From an uncultured Planctomycetaceae bacterium (GTDB lineage: Bacteria; Planctomycetota; Planctomycetia; Planctomycetales; Planctomycetaceae), in the NCBI GenBank assembly GCA_963815195.1, contig CAWFGE010000010.1, positions 1 through 64,000 on the forward strand: a DNA stretch of 64,000 nt. Reading direction: 5' to 3'. The position numbers and the translations under genes were made by a program. The notes beneath the pieces are model-generated. The model had not been told where the DNA came from, searched no databases, and worked only from the letters and a program-made list of their open reading frames with translations. Positions within the stretch are counted from its first letter, which is position 1. Each line of letters begins with the position of its first letter. Below, in pieces: positions 7,871 through 20,966 of the stretch.

Positions 7871-10800
7871 ATGTTGATGATGGATTGGCTTGCTGCGCTG
7901 CGGATGTCTCGGAACCTTGCCCCTCCTCGTAAAGGACATCGGCGTCGAAACCGGCGGCTGGGATTTGCGATGGCGGCGGAAGTTCTTGAAATCCGGAACA
8001 TGCTGGGATCTCTGGTGTCTCCCGTCGCCGGCAGCTTGATGATAGACACGCTGTCCCAATCGCCTGGGGAAGCTTCGCCGCCGCTCACGGAAAGCTTTTT
8101 CAGCCATGACGGGGCCGATGGCATTCTTCCCAGCGAAACCCTATCGGCAAATAAAACCCTCTACGTCCAACCGGAAAATGCCCCGCTTACTTCCAAATTG
8201 AGTTCTGACAGCGAACAAGCCAGCCTGTCTAATGCCGCTCCCAGTTTGTCAGCCGCCGGCTCATCCCAGGCCCAACCCGGCATTCTGCCCGGCGTGTTGG
8301 ATGACGCCCTGACCTCAGCTCTGCATAGCCAATCCTCAAACTCCCCGTCACCAAGTTTCCTGCCGCCTGCCGGAATCACGCTCCCGGCAGCGACCAACTC
8401 GGAGATTGCGGACCAGAATGCGGCCGGCCAAAGCCCCGGCACGACGATCTCGCAATCGAGTTCCACAGGAAATGGAAACGCCCCCGCGTCCACTGGTACT
8501 TCGAGCACCGGCGACACCTCCGGCATCAATGCGAGCACCCTAAGCTCTATAAGCTCTATCAGTATCCCGGCGACCACGGATCAAGGTTCCATATCTCAAG
8601 GGGCGGCCCCGACGCAAGGCCCCACTCCGCGATCGCATGGCGAAATTCAACCTCTCCGGGTTAAAAGGCCGCAGAATCTCGTCCAAATCCGAGCCAGCGA
8701 TTCTTATGCCCACGAGGGCGGCAACCCGGGCGAATTCACAATCCAACGCACGCATGCAGCGAGCAGCTTGACTGTCGGATATCAAATCAGCGGCACAGCC
8801 ACCGAAGGACGAGATTACCCAAACCTCTCGGGAATCGTGACCTTCAATCCTGGAGAACGACAAGAGACCGTCCTGATCAACCCGTATGATGATCTGATCC
8901 CCGATAGCGGCGAAACCGTCGTGCTGACGCTCACGAGCGTATCTGACGGTCGTTATACCATCGACCCGGATCACCAAAGCGATACCGTGACGATTTATAA
9001 CACCGAGTCGGGCGGCGGTGTCTGGATCTGGGCGAGCCAACCTGACGCGTACGAAGGGGGAACGCCGGGCGAATTCACGGTCTCCCGCGACAGCGGCGGA
9101 GGCCAACTCGATGTGTACTTCTCCATCAGCGGGGCCGCGACTGAAGGCAGCGATTTTTACGATGTTGAAGCAGCGATTTCAATCCCGAATTCCGCCACCG
9201 AAGCAACGATCCTCATCAATCCCATCGACGATGGCATCTATGAAGGCGATGAAGATGTCGTGATCACTCTCACGGGGGTTTCCGATACCAGCTACACCAT
9301 CGATTCTTTCAACAACACCGACGCCGTGTGGATCCTCGACGACGAGACCTCCGGCGGCGGTTCGGGCGGCAGTGGCGGAAACTCGGCTCCGGTCGCGGAG
9401 GCCGACTACTACACTATTCTGCATGACCAAACCCTCACGGACTTCGCCCCCGGCGTGGTCGGCAACGATTGGGATATCGATGCCGATGACATCTCCAATT
9501 CTGCCACACTCGATGCGGGGCCGACCAATGGTACGCTGACCTACTTCAATTCCGACGGCTCGTTCGAGTATGTTCCCACCCCCGGCTGGACAGGGACAGA
9601 TTCCCTCACCTATCATGTCAACGATGGCTTGGTGGATAGCAATATCGCCACGGTGACGATCGACGTGACCAACGATCCGCCCAGTGCGTGGGATGATTAT
9701 TACAGCGTCCAGCACAATATCACGCTTTCCATCGCCGCGGCCGGTGTACTCGCCAACGACAGCGACTTCGACGGGGATCCCCTTACGATGGTGCTCGAGA
9801 GTGGCCCCTCCTATGGGACGCTCACGTGGAACGCGGATGGTTCGTTCGACTACACGCCCAATCCCGGATGGGCGGGAACCGACTCCTTTACCTATTTTGC
9901 CAACGATGGCGTCGCCAATAGCTCCACGCCGGCCACCGTGATGATTGATGTGACCAACGAGGCCCCCTATGCGATGAATGACAGTTTCGGAGTTCTGGCC
10001 AATTCCCCTGAATACAATTTGGCTGGAGGAATTACCGTTTCCGCGCCTGGTGTTCTTTCCAACGATACAGATGCTGACGGTGACTCACTCGCCATGTCAC
10101 TCGAAACCGATGTTTCAAATGGAACTCTGCAGTGGAACACAGATGGTTCGTTCACATACCTGCCGTACGAGGACTTTATCGGCACAGACACGTTTACTTA
10201 TCGGGTCACAGACGGCACTTTCTCCAGCGACCCGGCTACTGTTACTTTAAACGTGAGCAATCGAGTTGTGAGTGTCTATACACTTTGGGATGCCGACGAG
10301 AGTGGCCCGTCTGAGGGAGTCGTCAACATTGAACGTGCGGGAGATCTTTCCTCGCCGTTGCAGGTGGCGTACACCGTCGATACATCCGCCCCAGACTCAG
10401 CATCGCCGGATCTTGATTACACTTCTTTGACGGGGATCGTGACAATTCCAGCAGGTGTCCCGTCGGCACCCGTAACCATCACGCCAGTGGCTGATTCGCT
10501 TGCTGAAGGCAACGAATCCGTCATCATTAGTTTAGCCACAGACCCAGCCTACGCCATCGATACTGTGCTGAGTTCCGCTTCGTTGCTGATTCTTGATAAC
10601 GAGAATATTGTGTCGGTTGAAGCAACGCGTCCGTTCACCGACGAAGGAGATTCACAACCGGGTGTATTCACATTGAGACGTACCGGCGATTTGAGCGCGG
10701 CTCTCAGCGTTACATTCACCGTCGAAACCCCACCGACCGCAGCCACGCCGGACGACGATTATGTGTCGCTCTCGGGCACCGCCAATTTTTCCGTGAACGA

Positions 10801-13800
10801 AGACACCGTCGCAGTGGACGTACTTTCCGTCGATGATTCGATTGCCGAGCCTGTCGAAACGGTCGACATCCAGTTGGTGAGCGGTGTTGACTATAGTGTC
10901 GATCCGAATGCGGACGTAGCGGCGGTTGTGGTTGTGGATGACGAGCCCGTCGTGTCCATAGAAGCAACCGTTCCAGTTTCCAGTGAAATGGATACCTCGC
11001 CCGGCGAATTCACGGTTACACGATCCGGTTCTGCCGCGGGTGTCTTGGTCGTATATTATTCCATCGACACCAGTGGTCCGAATGCTGCGATTCCGATGAC
11101 GGATTATGTAGCTTTATCGGGTTACGTTACGATCGCGGATGGACAATCGTCAGCCACAATTTTGGTGACTCCGGAAGGTGACAGTCTCGTTGAAGGAGAC
11201 GAAATCGTTGATGTGACGTTGGATAGCGGCAGCGACTACCACGTCTCAACGACGAGTCCCTCTGCAACTGTCGTGATCGAGGATGCCGAGCCAGTCGTTT
11301 CGATCGAAGCAACTGTTGCGGAGGCGTCTGAGATTGGCCTGGTCAATGGCGAGTTCACTGTCACTCGAACTGGGGATACGACGAATTCTCTGGTCGTCAC
11401 GTACCAGGTTGACGTGAATGTTGAGTCACCGGCGACCTCTGGCGTCGACTACGTGACGCTTTCCGGAAGCGTGACCATCGAGGCCATGATGACCACCGCG
11501 ACCATCGATGTGCAACCACTCGCCGATGCAATCCCGGAGTCCATTGAAACAGTCGACGTCGTCGTACAGTCGGGATCTCTTTACAGCGTCGATCTGGAGA
11601 ACGATTCGGCTGTCGTCGAGATTTCCGACGCGGCTTCATACGTTTCAATTGAGGCCGGAGCGGATGCGCGTAGAAGAAGGGCTGCAATCAGGCGATTTTA
11701 CCGTGTCGCGATTTGGGGGAGACACGTCGATCCCTCTCACAGTCTATTATACCGTCGATCCAGGTGTCGGCACGGCTGCTACACCAGACGTTGATTACAC
11801 GGCATTGTCAGGCAGCGTCACAATTCCCGCCGGTGCCGCAACGGCATCAATTCTGGTCGATCCACTGCAAGATGCGGAAGCAGAACCTATCGAGACGGTC
11901 GACATTGCAATTACGACCACCGTGCCGCCCGGAGGTAGTCCTGCCAACTATCATATTTTTTCTTCAGAGAGCACGTCGGTCGACATTCTCGACAACGAGG
12001 CGTGGATCAGCGTTGTGGCTGACATTCCCGACGCTTACGAAACAAATGAGGTACCCGGTTCGTTCATGTTCCAGCGAGGGTATTCGTCTGACTTGCCACA
12101 GGTTACTGTCACATTCTCGATCGACCAGACTGTGGAAAACGCGGCAACATATGGTTTGGACTACAGCTTTCCAATTGGCAGCGTGACAATCATCGATCAA
12201 ACCTCGGAATCCGTGACTGCCAGCATCACTTTCGGGGAAGGTGAAACCAACATTTTCTTGCCGGTTTTGCCGGTCGATGATTTCGAGATTGAAGAGGACG
12301 AGGCGATCGAGCTTACCTTATTGCCGGACACCTACAGTCCAGCAACCTACCTAATTGATCCACTGTTGTCCATCGCCGTCGTCGTGGTGGCCGACGACGA
12401 CATCGACATCGATATCACCGGTCACCAACCAGGCACCATGGCTGCGCCCGGCGCCGCGGTCTCCGAAGCCGATGAAACGAATCCTGACAAACTTTGGGCA
12501 CCGGTCAACGACGACGACGATGACAATCCACAAGGCTTGAAGGACAATCGCGATACGACCATCGCGGCCGCTGACAACGATATTGTCAAGTTGACAGTCA
12601 AAAAGCCCGGTGTGGCAACCGGCTTCGTTGATTTGGACATCAAGCAGCACTCTGGAAGTTATCCAGATTCGGCGCTCGAAAACACAACTGCCGTTCGACT
12701 ATTCGACTCGAGCGGCAACGTAATTGCCAATAGCCTTTCCGTGGACCTTGCAGACCCGGAGGGACCGCTCGCCGGTCTGGCCACGGGAGACGTGGATTTG
12801 TTTCTTGAGGGACTGAGTTCCGCGTCGAAAGTCGTTGTCGCGGAGATCGGCTATCGCCTCGCTGCCGGCGCCGTTGCAGCTCGGACGGACCGAGTTGTCA
12901 TGCGTGTGGGCGGCGTCGATATCGATATTGACAGTCTGAACAACGACACCCGCGGATCAACAACCAGCGACGACGCCGAAGATGATCCAAGTAAGGCGGG
13001 ACGTTGGATACCGGTTAACAACTGGGATCGGGATGAAGATGGAGTCCCTGGATTCGCAGACGGAATTGATGTGAACAACAATCAGGGGCCGACGATGTCC
13101 TACGGAACTACCAAGTACATTCCGATGAGCGTAGGACTTCCCGCGCCCATCGATCTCACGAAAGCGAAGATCAGATTTGACTACCCGGAAGCCGACCCTG
13201 CAACCATCACCAAGGCCGGCCCGCACGACTATGGTGCTCCAGCCAGTGGTAAAATTACGATCTGGACCGAAGGCATATTTGTTGATGCAGCAAAGCAGCA
13301 AATCGACAGAAAACACGCAAATGTGAGCGCCGCCGCGAATCCAGGGCATTTCGTAAAGACGGGTGTGCAGCATGACGCCAGCACGTTGGGTTTTACTGGT
13401 ACGACTCGCACGATTACTTTGCGGATCGAAGGGCTGAATCCAAGCACGGCACAAGGTGTGGACACGATTACCATAACCGTTGATCCCGATGGCAGCGGCA
13501 CAACGTTGCTGACCGATGTCGTGCGACTCACCGTATTCGATTTCGATGCTGACATGGACAGTGACAACACCACCGGAACGCTCGGTGGTCCAAACCGGAC
13601 TAACAGCGAAGATCAGATTGAGGAAAAGGCCGGAGAGCCTGGTAAGACGATCCCGATCAACTGGGGAAATCGCGACGGTGATGGCTTCAAAGATTACCTA
13701 GATGGATTCAGCGTCGCGCTCGCCGGCGGCGGCGGCAATCATATGCAAAATGGCCCAAATCAAAGCGCTAAATTCACGCCGTTGGTCTTGGAAATCCCTG

Positions 13801-15623
13801 CCCCCGTGGATGTGACTACGGCCACACTCATGTTTAACTACTCCGCTTCCAACCCTGCCAATATTGATGTGGGCAATGGCACGCCCGCTGCGGGTAAGTT
13901 ACGCATTTGGACCAAGGATGGAAATGTGGGCCGCCGTGGTGAAGATGTCACAACCGCAATAGGTCCCATATTCGGCGATTTCGTGAATGCCGGCGTGACT
14001 TACACCGCAGATAGCCTTGGATTCACAGCAACCACGCGAACGGTCACACTCTTTGTCGAGGGGATTGAAGCGGGACAGATTGCCGGGACGGACGAGATTT
14101 CGATTCGGATGAGGCCCGCGGAAGGCGATTATTCACAATGGGACGACGTTCACTTTACGAGTTACGGTTTTGCCTTGCAGGGAAAGATCCAATACGATGC
14201 GGCCAGCCCAAAGCCGGTGCGGGGTGCCCTAGTCATCGCATATAACGACGATTTTGCGGGAGATACGCGTATTGGAGAAACATACACTAACGATGCAGGC
14301 AACTACTTCATTCCATTCTCCAAGGCTTTCGCTGACCCGTATGTAGTTGTCGAGACGGAAACACGCCCTGCGGGGCTGGGTGAGGGAAAAGTCAGACGAG
14401 CGTTTGTGGTTGAATCCTTCTCTCTTGGAATCAACTTTGAGGTGAAGCCTAGCGTGACCACTGCACCCACAATTAATACCCCTATTGGTACGGCCAACAT
14501 AGTGATCGGTTCAACAACTAATGACGAAAAGGCATTTTGGATATTTGACGCAGTGACAACAGCATCCCGATTTCACGCGACTCTACCCGGTGTACCCGTG
14601 GGAACCTATGACGTCAAATTTGATATAGTGGGGAACAACAGCTACGCCCAAAATGACACGATTAACATCTATGATACTCACTGGAATGATTGGGATACCA
14701 TAATCCACGAGTACGGTCATCTCGTAGCATACACCGCGGGATTCATGGAGTACCCGTGGACATTTCAGTTCTGGAATTTAGGAAACTATGAACATAGTTT
14801 GGGCGTCAACATGCGCGTAGAGCATCCCGGGGAGGACTTCACCGGGCTTCGAAAAATCGCCTGGAACGAAGGCTGGGCGAACTTTTATAGCATGATCGCG
14901 CAAGTTTCCATTCCACCTGTCATCAATACCAATGGGGGTGATGGACTGCTCTATAATAGACACGATCCGGAAGACCAGGGGAACTTTGGTGAGGACGAAG
15001 AACTGACGGTGATGAGGGCTTTATGGGATCTCTATGACCCAGTCAGCCCTGGCGGCCACGATCGGATTGAGATGGGCGTGGATGCACTCTTTAAACTGCT
15101 TGCCACAAAAAATATCAAAACACTCGACCAGTTGTGGGACGCGATTAAGGCCAATGCCGGTGGCAATAATAAACTGGTCATTGATTACGGGAGCCTGTTT
15201 GAATGGAACCATGTGTCACCTGAATCCGTTGGCACACGGCTCGCAATTGGCGGCGCCTTGGTCAACGCGTGGAGTTTGGGGAGTGATCCGGTTCCGATCT
15301 TCGAGTGGAAGATCCCAGTGAACTCCAATGGCGGACAATTGCTTGATCGCTTCGGCATCAAGATTTTCGACCAGAACTTTAAGCAGATCTTTGACAGCCG
15401 CACCGCGACCAAACCCTACCTCTCCACCGCACCAACAGTGGGGTTAGGCAGGGTTTCCATCAATAACACGACCAACGTTGCGCAACTACGTTTGTGGAAT
15501 GCAGATTGGCTACCACTTGCGCGTGCCCAACTTGGGAAGCAGATTCATATTGTCATTTATGGTGCCACGAACGAAACTGGAGATTACTGGAGCGAGATGC
15601 AGACGCTCACGATCAACCCGTAA
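7871..15623 (+). CDS. Giant secreted protein (~2580 aa, one frameshift near 11668): planctomycete E.LE.R.LL leader, Calx-beta repeats, tandem Ig/cadherin-like repeats, Asp-rich repeats and C-terminal zinc metallopeptidase
   Basis: AEVLEIRNMLG leader; many A.EG...FT..R...ATxGxDY..EG.E.V Calx-beta units; GVLANDSDFDGD...DGSFDYTP Ig units; IIHEYGH...AWNEGWANF; ORFs 7871-11794 and 11508-15623 join across GATGCGCGTAGAA. Confidence 0.85.
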
Positions 15624-15899
15624 CGGGGGAATCAGAATGCCGGAACCAGGCGACTGCGGTGAATTCCCGGTTCTCGCGGGGTTTTCGGGTCGAACGGGGA
15701 ATAAACCGGCTCCACTATGGGTCATCATTGATAGGAAGGTTTATGGACACCGGAAAAAAGCCAGCAAAATGCCCAACTTGGTCGATGCCGTCGTCGCTCC
15801 AGACGTCTCATCGACCATTGCGTATTTGTCAATCCAGTGCCAAGTCCGTTTACAACGACTCGCCCGTCCAGGCCGAGTCCATCGGGAGAATTCGGCGAC

Positions 15900-17088
15900 A
15901 TGACCAATCCGGAAATGAAACAGACAGACGATCCGCTTGATCAAAGCAAGCGTCCTTGCTGCGGCCGAACAACCTGGATTCTAATTCTCCTGACGGGCTG
16001 CACCTTGGGGTTTGGACTGTGCTCCGGATGTCCGTCGAAACCGGCCCTCACTGGCAAGCACGAACTGTCGCATTCAGGTAAGATAACAGCCGTGGCATTC
16101 TCGGCGGATGGCAAGCATCTGGCGGTCGGGACCAAAGCGGACACGAAGTATTGGCAAGGACAGACTCACAGTCTGGGACGGCAAATCGTTTGCAAAATTG
16201 TTGAAAGTGAGCGAAGAGCAATGGATCAACTCAGTGGCCTTTTCGCCCAATGGCAAGATTCTGGCTGTAGGTCTCGGATGCTATAACGACACCCGGCGCC
16301 CGGATGAATTCGTTCAATATCAGTCGCGTCCGGGACTCGTCAAGCTGTACGACACGTCGAGTTTTAAGGTCATCACTTCGCTGGACCAAGAGCGGGGAGT
16401 TCCTCATGTCGCCTTCTCGCCAATTGGAAAAACTCTGGCCGTCGCCATCGGAATTCATCCGTGCGAGCGTCCTGGCCGGGTGCAACTTTATGACACGGAC
16501 ACTTTTGAACTGAAAGCCACCTTGACTGGTCATCGGTTCGGAATTAGTGCGATGGATTTCTCTCCGAATGGCGAAATGCTAGCTACGGGCGATGCCGTTA
16601 TCGGTGGCGGACCATGCCCGGGAAAGGGAGACGAATTTAAGTCAGATAGAGGCCCCGGTGAAGTCCGCCTGTGGTCGATAAAAGACGCAAAGCAGGTCAA
16701 GGCGATCGAGGCACCGTTCGGCTCGGTTCTCAGCATCCAATTTTCACCTGACGGTCAGACAATGGCTATTGGTGGTATCGAACGTGCCGGGTTGATCGAT
16801 GTGGAGACCGGACAGCAACTCACAACGGCGAAGTTCGCCTCCCATTCCTTCAATTCTGTCGCCTTTTCTCCAGATGGCGAATTGCTCGCCATCAGTTCTT
16901 TTTACGCTGGCAGTCGTAAGGCGACCGAAGTCGGACTTTGGAATGTTGCCACTGGCAAGAAAATCGCTTCATTAGAGGACCAGCGAAGTTTGGGGGGCAT
17001 CAATCCAATGGAATTCTCACCGGACGGTAAGTTTTTGGTCGCCGCAATTGATTCAAAATTGAGAGTTCTGTCCGTTCCATCAAAGTGA
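15900..17088 (+). CDS. WD40-repeat putative lipoprotein (frameshift near 16140-16160)
   Basis: Hydrophobic leader with LCSGC; repeated VAFSPDG..LA...V.LW units spread over two overlapping ORFs. Confidence 0.8.
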
Positions 17089-17505
17089 GTCCCGTAGGGT
17101 TAAAAAATTGAAAGACCCATAAGTTGGCCGAACTTCATTGCCTTGCGCAGATGATTCGGTGCTCTCGCAATCGCTTTTTCCTGTCACAGCGAAAATTTTT
17201 TTAATTCGGCCGATTTTTTTGGGTGGCGCTGGCAACTTGTTGCCAGTGTTTTGGGAAGTCGGAAATTTCGATAAGCATCTGAGCCGCTGGTCGCCAGATT
17301 CGAGAAAATCGAATTCAGGGGCTGGCTGCCGAGGACGTTATTCTCGACAGACTTCGCTCGAAGAGATCAAAACGAATGACGAAGTCAGATTTAACAAACA
17401 AATTCGACGATTTTAAAAGGAGTATTTTCGTAAGCGTCCGACGTAACCATTCTTGACGGGTGGTTTACGCTGTGGGGATTTCTGAACTTCTCACAGCGGA
17501 GGCGT

Positions 17506-17874
17506 ATGATGGCTCATCAGCAGCGGCAGACGGAAGCGGTGTGGCGGGAGCGGTTGGGGCGGTTTCACGACAGCGGTTTGACGGCGAAAGCCTTTTGTGA
17601 ACGCGAGGGGGTTTCCTACTCGAACTTTCATGCCTGGAAGCGGCGGTTGGGATCGGGGAGAACGCAGTCCCCGTCTCGGGGTTCGGCGAATCGCTTGGAA
17701 AAAGAACCGTTGTTTGTGCCGGTGAGTGTGACGCCGAAAGCGGCTGCGGCCGAGGTGCGGATTGTGTTGCCGGGCGGGGCCGTGGTGCATGTGCCTTTGG
17801 AGGCGGACGAGCGGGTGCTGGCCTCGGTGATCGAAGCCGCGGCCCGGACCGGCCGGGAGGATTCGGCATGCTGA
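17506..17874 (+). CDS. tnpA: IS66 accessory protein TnpA (outer copy)
   Basis: WRERL...SGLTAKAFCEREGVSYSNFHAWKRRL...FVPV. Confidence 0.9.
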   Translation: MMAHQQRQTEAVWRERLGRFHDSGLTAKAFCEREGVSYSNFHAWKRRLGSGRTQSPSRGSANRLEKEPLFVPVSVTPKAAAAEVRIVLPGGAVVHVPLEADERVLASVIEAAARTGREDSAC

Positions 17875-18064
17875 ACCTCTCGCCTTTGGTCCGCGTGTTT
17901 TTGTGCACAAAGCCCACTGATCTTCGTAAAGGATTTGATGGTCTTTCGGGGTTGGTCGAAACCGGGTTCGAGGCCGATGTCTTGAGCGGTAAGCGTCCGA
18001 CGTAACCATTCTTGACGGGTGGTTTACGCTGTGGGGATTTCTGAACTTCTCACAGCGGAGGCGT

Positions 18065-18433
18065 ATGATGGCTCATCAGCAGCGGCAGACGGAAGCGGTG
18101 TGGCGGGAGCGGTTGGGGCGGTTTCACGACAGCGGTTTGACGGCGAAAGCCTTTTGTGAACGCGAGGGGGTTTCCTACTCGAACTTTCATGCCTGGAAGC
18201 GGCGGTTGGGATCGGGGAGAACGCAGTCCCCGTCTCGGGGTTCGGCGAATCGCTTGGAAAAAGAACCGTTGTTTGTGCCGGTGAGTGTGACGCCGAAAGC
18301 GGCTGCGGCCGAGGTGCGGATTGTGTTGCCGGGCGGGGCCGTGGTGCATGTGCCTTTGGAGGCGGACGAGCGGGTGCTGGCCTCGGTGATCGAAGCCGCG
18401 GCCCGGACCGGCCGGGAGGATTCGGCATGCTGA
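18065..18433 (+). CDS. tnpA: IS66 TnpA (inner copy)
   Basis: Same translation as 17506-17874. Confidence 0.9.
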   Translation: MMAHQQRQTEAVWRERLGRFHDSGLTAKAFCEREGVSYSNFHAWKRRLGSGRTQSPSRGSANRLEKEPLFVPVSVTPKAAAAEVRIVLPGGAVVHVPLEADERVLASVIEAAARTGREDSAC

Positions 18434-18786
18434 ACCTCTCGCCTTTGGTCCGCGTGTTTTTGTGCACAAAGCCCACTGATCTTCGTAAAGGATTTGATGG
18501 TCTTTCGGGGTTGGTCGAAACCGGGTTCGAGGCCGATGTCTTGAGCGGGCACTGGTTCGTATTTCTCAACCGCCGCCGCGACCGCGTGAAGATCCTGGCG
18601 TGGGACCATGACGGTCTGTCAATTTTTTACAAGCGCTTGGAGCGAGGGACTTATCAAGTGCCGCGCGAAGGGGAAGACCACGTGGAGTTGGACGCGGCCG
18701 AGCTTTCGATGCTGCTTTCGGGGATTGACATGACGAGTGCCCGCCGTCGCAAACGCTATCAGAAAAGCGAATCCCGCGAGCGATAA
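18427..18786 (+). CDS. tnpB: IS66 TnpB (inner copy)
   Basis: PTDLRKGFDGL...FVFLNRRRDRVKILAWDHDG...KRLERG. Confidence 0.95.
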   Translation: MLNLSPLVRVFLCTKPTDLRKGFDGLSGLVETGFEADVLSGHWFVFLNRRRDRVKILAWDHDGLSIFYKRLERGTYQVPREGEDHVELDAAELSMLLSGIDMTSARRRKRYQKSESRER

Positions 18787-18840
18787 ACCCGCTCAACATA
18801 TTTTCAAAAATCTTTTTTGTTTTGGGGAATAAACGCGAAG

Positions 18841-18879
18841 GGTGAGGGATCCTGTCGGAGGATTCCCTCACCTTTTTTT
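18841..18879 (+). terminator. Intrinsic terminator-like hairpin between tnpB and tnpC (second copy at 20914-20952)
   Basis: GGTGAGGGATCCT-GTCGG-AGGATTCCCTCACC followed by T7. Confidence 0.55.
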
Positions 18880-18893
18880 GCTTGTCGTGCTGG

Positions 18894-20587
18894 ATGACTT
18901 CGGACTCCTCACTTCCAGATGACTTGGCTGCTTGCCACGAACTGATTTGGCGGCAGCAAGTGGCGCTCACGCAAAAGCAGCATGCTTTGCAAGAGAAGCA
19001 GCATGCTTTGGAAGAGCAACGGCGCGTACTGGACGAAGTCGATGCGAACTATCACGAACTGCTTGAGGAACATGATCTCTTAAAGGCGGAGTTCGAGCAG
19101 TTTCGCCGCTGGGCTTTTGGGCGAAGGACGGAGCGCAACCGCGAAGCCGACGGCCAACGGCATCTGTTTGAACTGGAGCCGAGCGCCTCGCCCGTTCTCG
19201 ACGAAGAGGGCGTTTCCGAGGAAGAGCCGCCGGTTTCGCCCCGGCGAAAGAAACGCCGCTCGCAAAAAGACAAGCTTGAGCATTTGCCGCAGCGGCGGAT
19301 TGAACTCGACGTTCCCGAGGAAGACAAGCACTGCGAAACCTGCGGCGGCGAGAAGACGAAGATCGGCGAAGACGAACGCTCGGTGCTGCAGTATCGCCCG
19401 GCCGTCTTGGAAGTCGAAGTCTATGTGCTCCCCAAGTACGCTTGTCCGTGTTGTCAGGAGGGCGTGGTCAGCCCGCCTCCGCCGGAGCGAATCCTGCCGC
19501 GTTCGATCGCCGGGCCGGGGTTAATCAGCGAAATCCTTGTCAGCAAGTTCGGCGATCATCTGCCGCTTTATCGCCTGGAAGATCGTTTCACACGGCTGGG
19601 GCTTTATCTCTCGCGGAGCACGCTCTGCGATTGGACGCAAGCGGCGGCGGATTTACTCAAGCCGCTTTATGAGCGGATGCTCGCGCTCGTATTGAAATCC
19701 GATGTGATCTGGACCGATGACACGCCGGTGCGAATGCTCGATCCGAAGGCGGAGGGCGGCAGTCGGCTGTCACGGTTTTGGACTTACATCGGCGATGATC
19801 TCTATCCCTACTCGGTGTATGACTTCACCAAAAGCCGCAAGCGCGACGGCCCGGCCAAGTTCCTGGCGAACTATCAAGGCGCAATGCACGCGGATGCTTA
19901 CGGCGGCTATGACGGGATCGTGATGGGATCCAATGGGGCGATCGTGCGCATCGCCTGCGGGGCGCACATCCGCCGCAAGTTTGAGCAGGCGAAATCCAAT
20001 GCGCCGCGCGAGAGTGCGCAGATGCTGGAATGGTTTCGGCAACTGTATGACATCGAGGACCGCGCCCGCGAGGAGCCCGCGGAGATCCGTCACGCCCTGC
20101 GTCAGAAAGACGCCTTGCCAATCTTGGCCAAGATGAAAGCCTCCTTGGATGAACTGGAGGTGCGCGGCTGCCCAAATCGAAGCTCGGCCAGGCGGTGACT
20201 TATGCGCGAAACCAATGGTCGGCGTTCTGCCTTTATGTGGACGATGGCCGGCGGACGATCGACAACAACGTCAGCGAACGCACCTTGCGGGCTCAAGCCA
20301 TTGGAAGAAAAAACTGGCTGTTCTTGGGCCACGAGTCGGCGGGCCCTCGGGCCGCGGTGTTGTTTACGATCCTCGCGGGAGCCAAACGGCACCACCTGGA
20401 ACCCTGGGCCTATATGACCGATGTCTTGGTCAAGCTCGCCGCCGAGACCAGCGACCTGGACGCCTTGCTTCCCGACCGCTGGGCCGCCGCCCATCCCGAA
20501 CACGTGCTGAATTACCGCCTGGAAGAATCCCGCCAAAAACGCGCCCGCCAAAAAGCCAAACGAAGCCGCCGCCGCAAAGGCGAATAA
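18894..20587 (+). CDS. tnpC: IS66 transposase TnpC (inner copy; 1-nt frameshift near 20166)
   Basis: Coiled coil, C..CG Zn finger, KFGDHLPLYR, DDTP, ADAYGGY, IDNNVSER, GRKNWLF. Confidence 0.92.
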
Positions 20588-20966
20588 CCCCCTGTCAAAA
20601 CCGGGTGCTTACCTTGAGCGGGCACTGGTTCGTATTTCTCAACCGCCGCCGCGACCGCGTGAAGATCCTGGCGTGGGACCATGACGGTCTGTCAATTTTT
20701 TACAAGCGCTTGGAGCGAGGGACTTATCAAGTGCCGCGCGAAGGGGAAGACCACGTGGAGTTGGACGCGGCCGAGCTTTCGATGCTGCTTTCGGGGATTG
20801 ACATGACGAGCGCCCGCCGTCGCAAACGCTATCAGAAAAGCGAATCCCGCGAGCGATAAACCCGCTCAACATATTTTCAAAAATCTTTTTTGTTTTGGGG
20901 AATAAACGCGAAGGGTGAGGGATCCTGTCGGAGGATTCCCTCACCTTTTTTTGCTTGTCGTGCTGG

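Larger units (their letters stand above)
17989..20612 (+). mobile_element. IS66-family element (inner copy, 2624 bp) with 8-bp target duplication CTTGAGCG
   Basis: CTTGAGCG at 17981-17988 and 20613-20620; terminal IRs GTAAGCG.../...GTGCTTAC. Confidence 0.95.
17868..20859 (+). pseudogene. tnpB: IS66 TnpB of the outer copy, split by the inner copy (17868-17988 plus 20621-20859)
   Basis: The two halves together reproduce the intact tnpB at 18427-18786. Confidence 0.9.

Noticed and set aside
11640..11700. Programmed frameshift or phase variation in the giant gene and other split genes
   Set aside because: No slippery heptamer or long homopolymer; indels recur at GCGC across unrelated genes, favouring sequencing error
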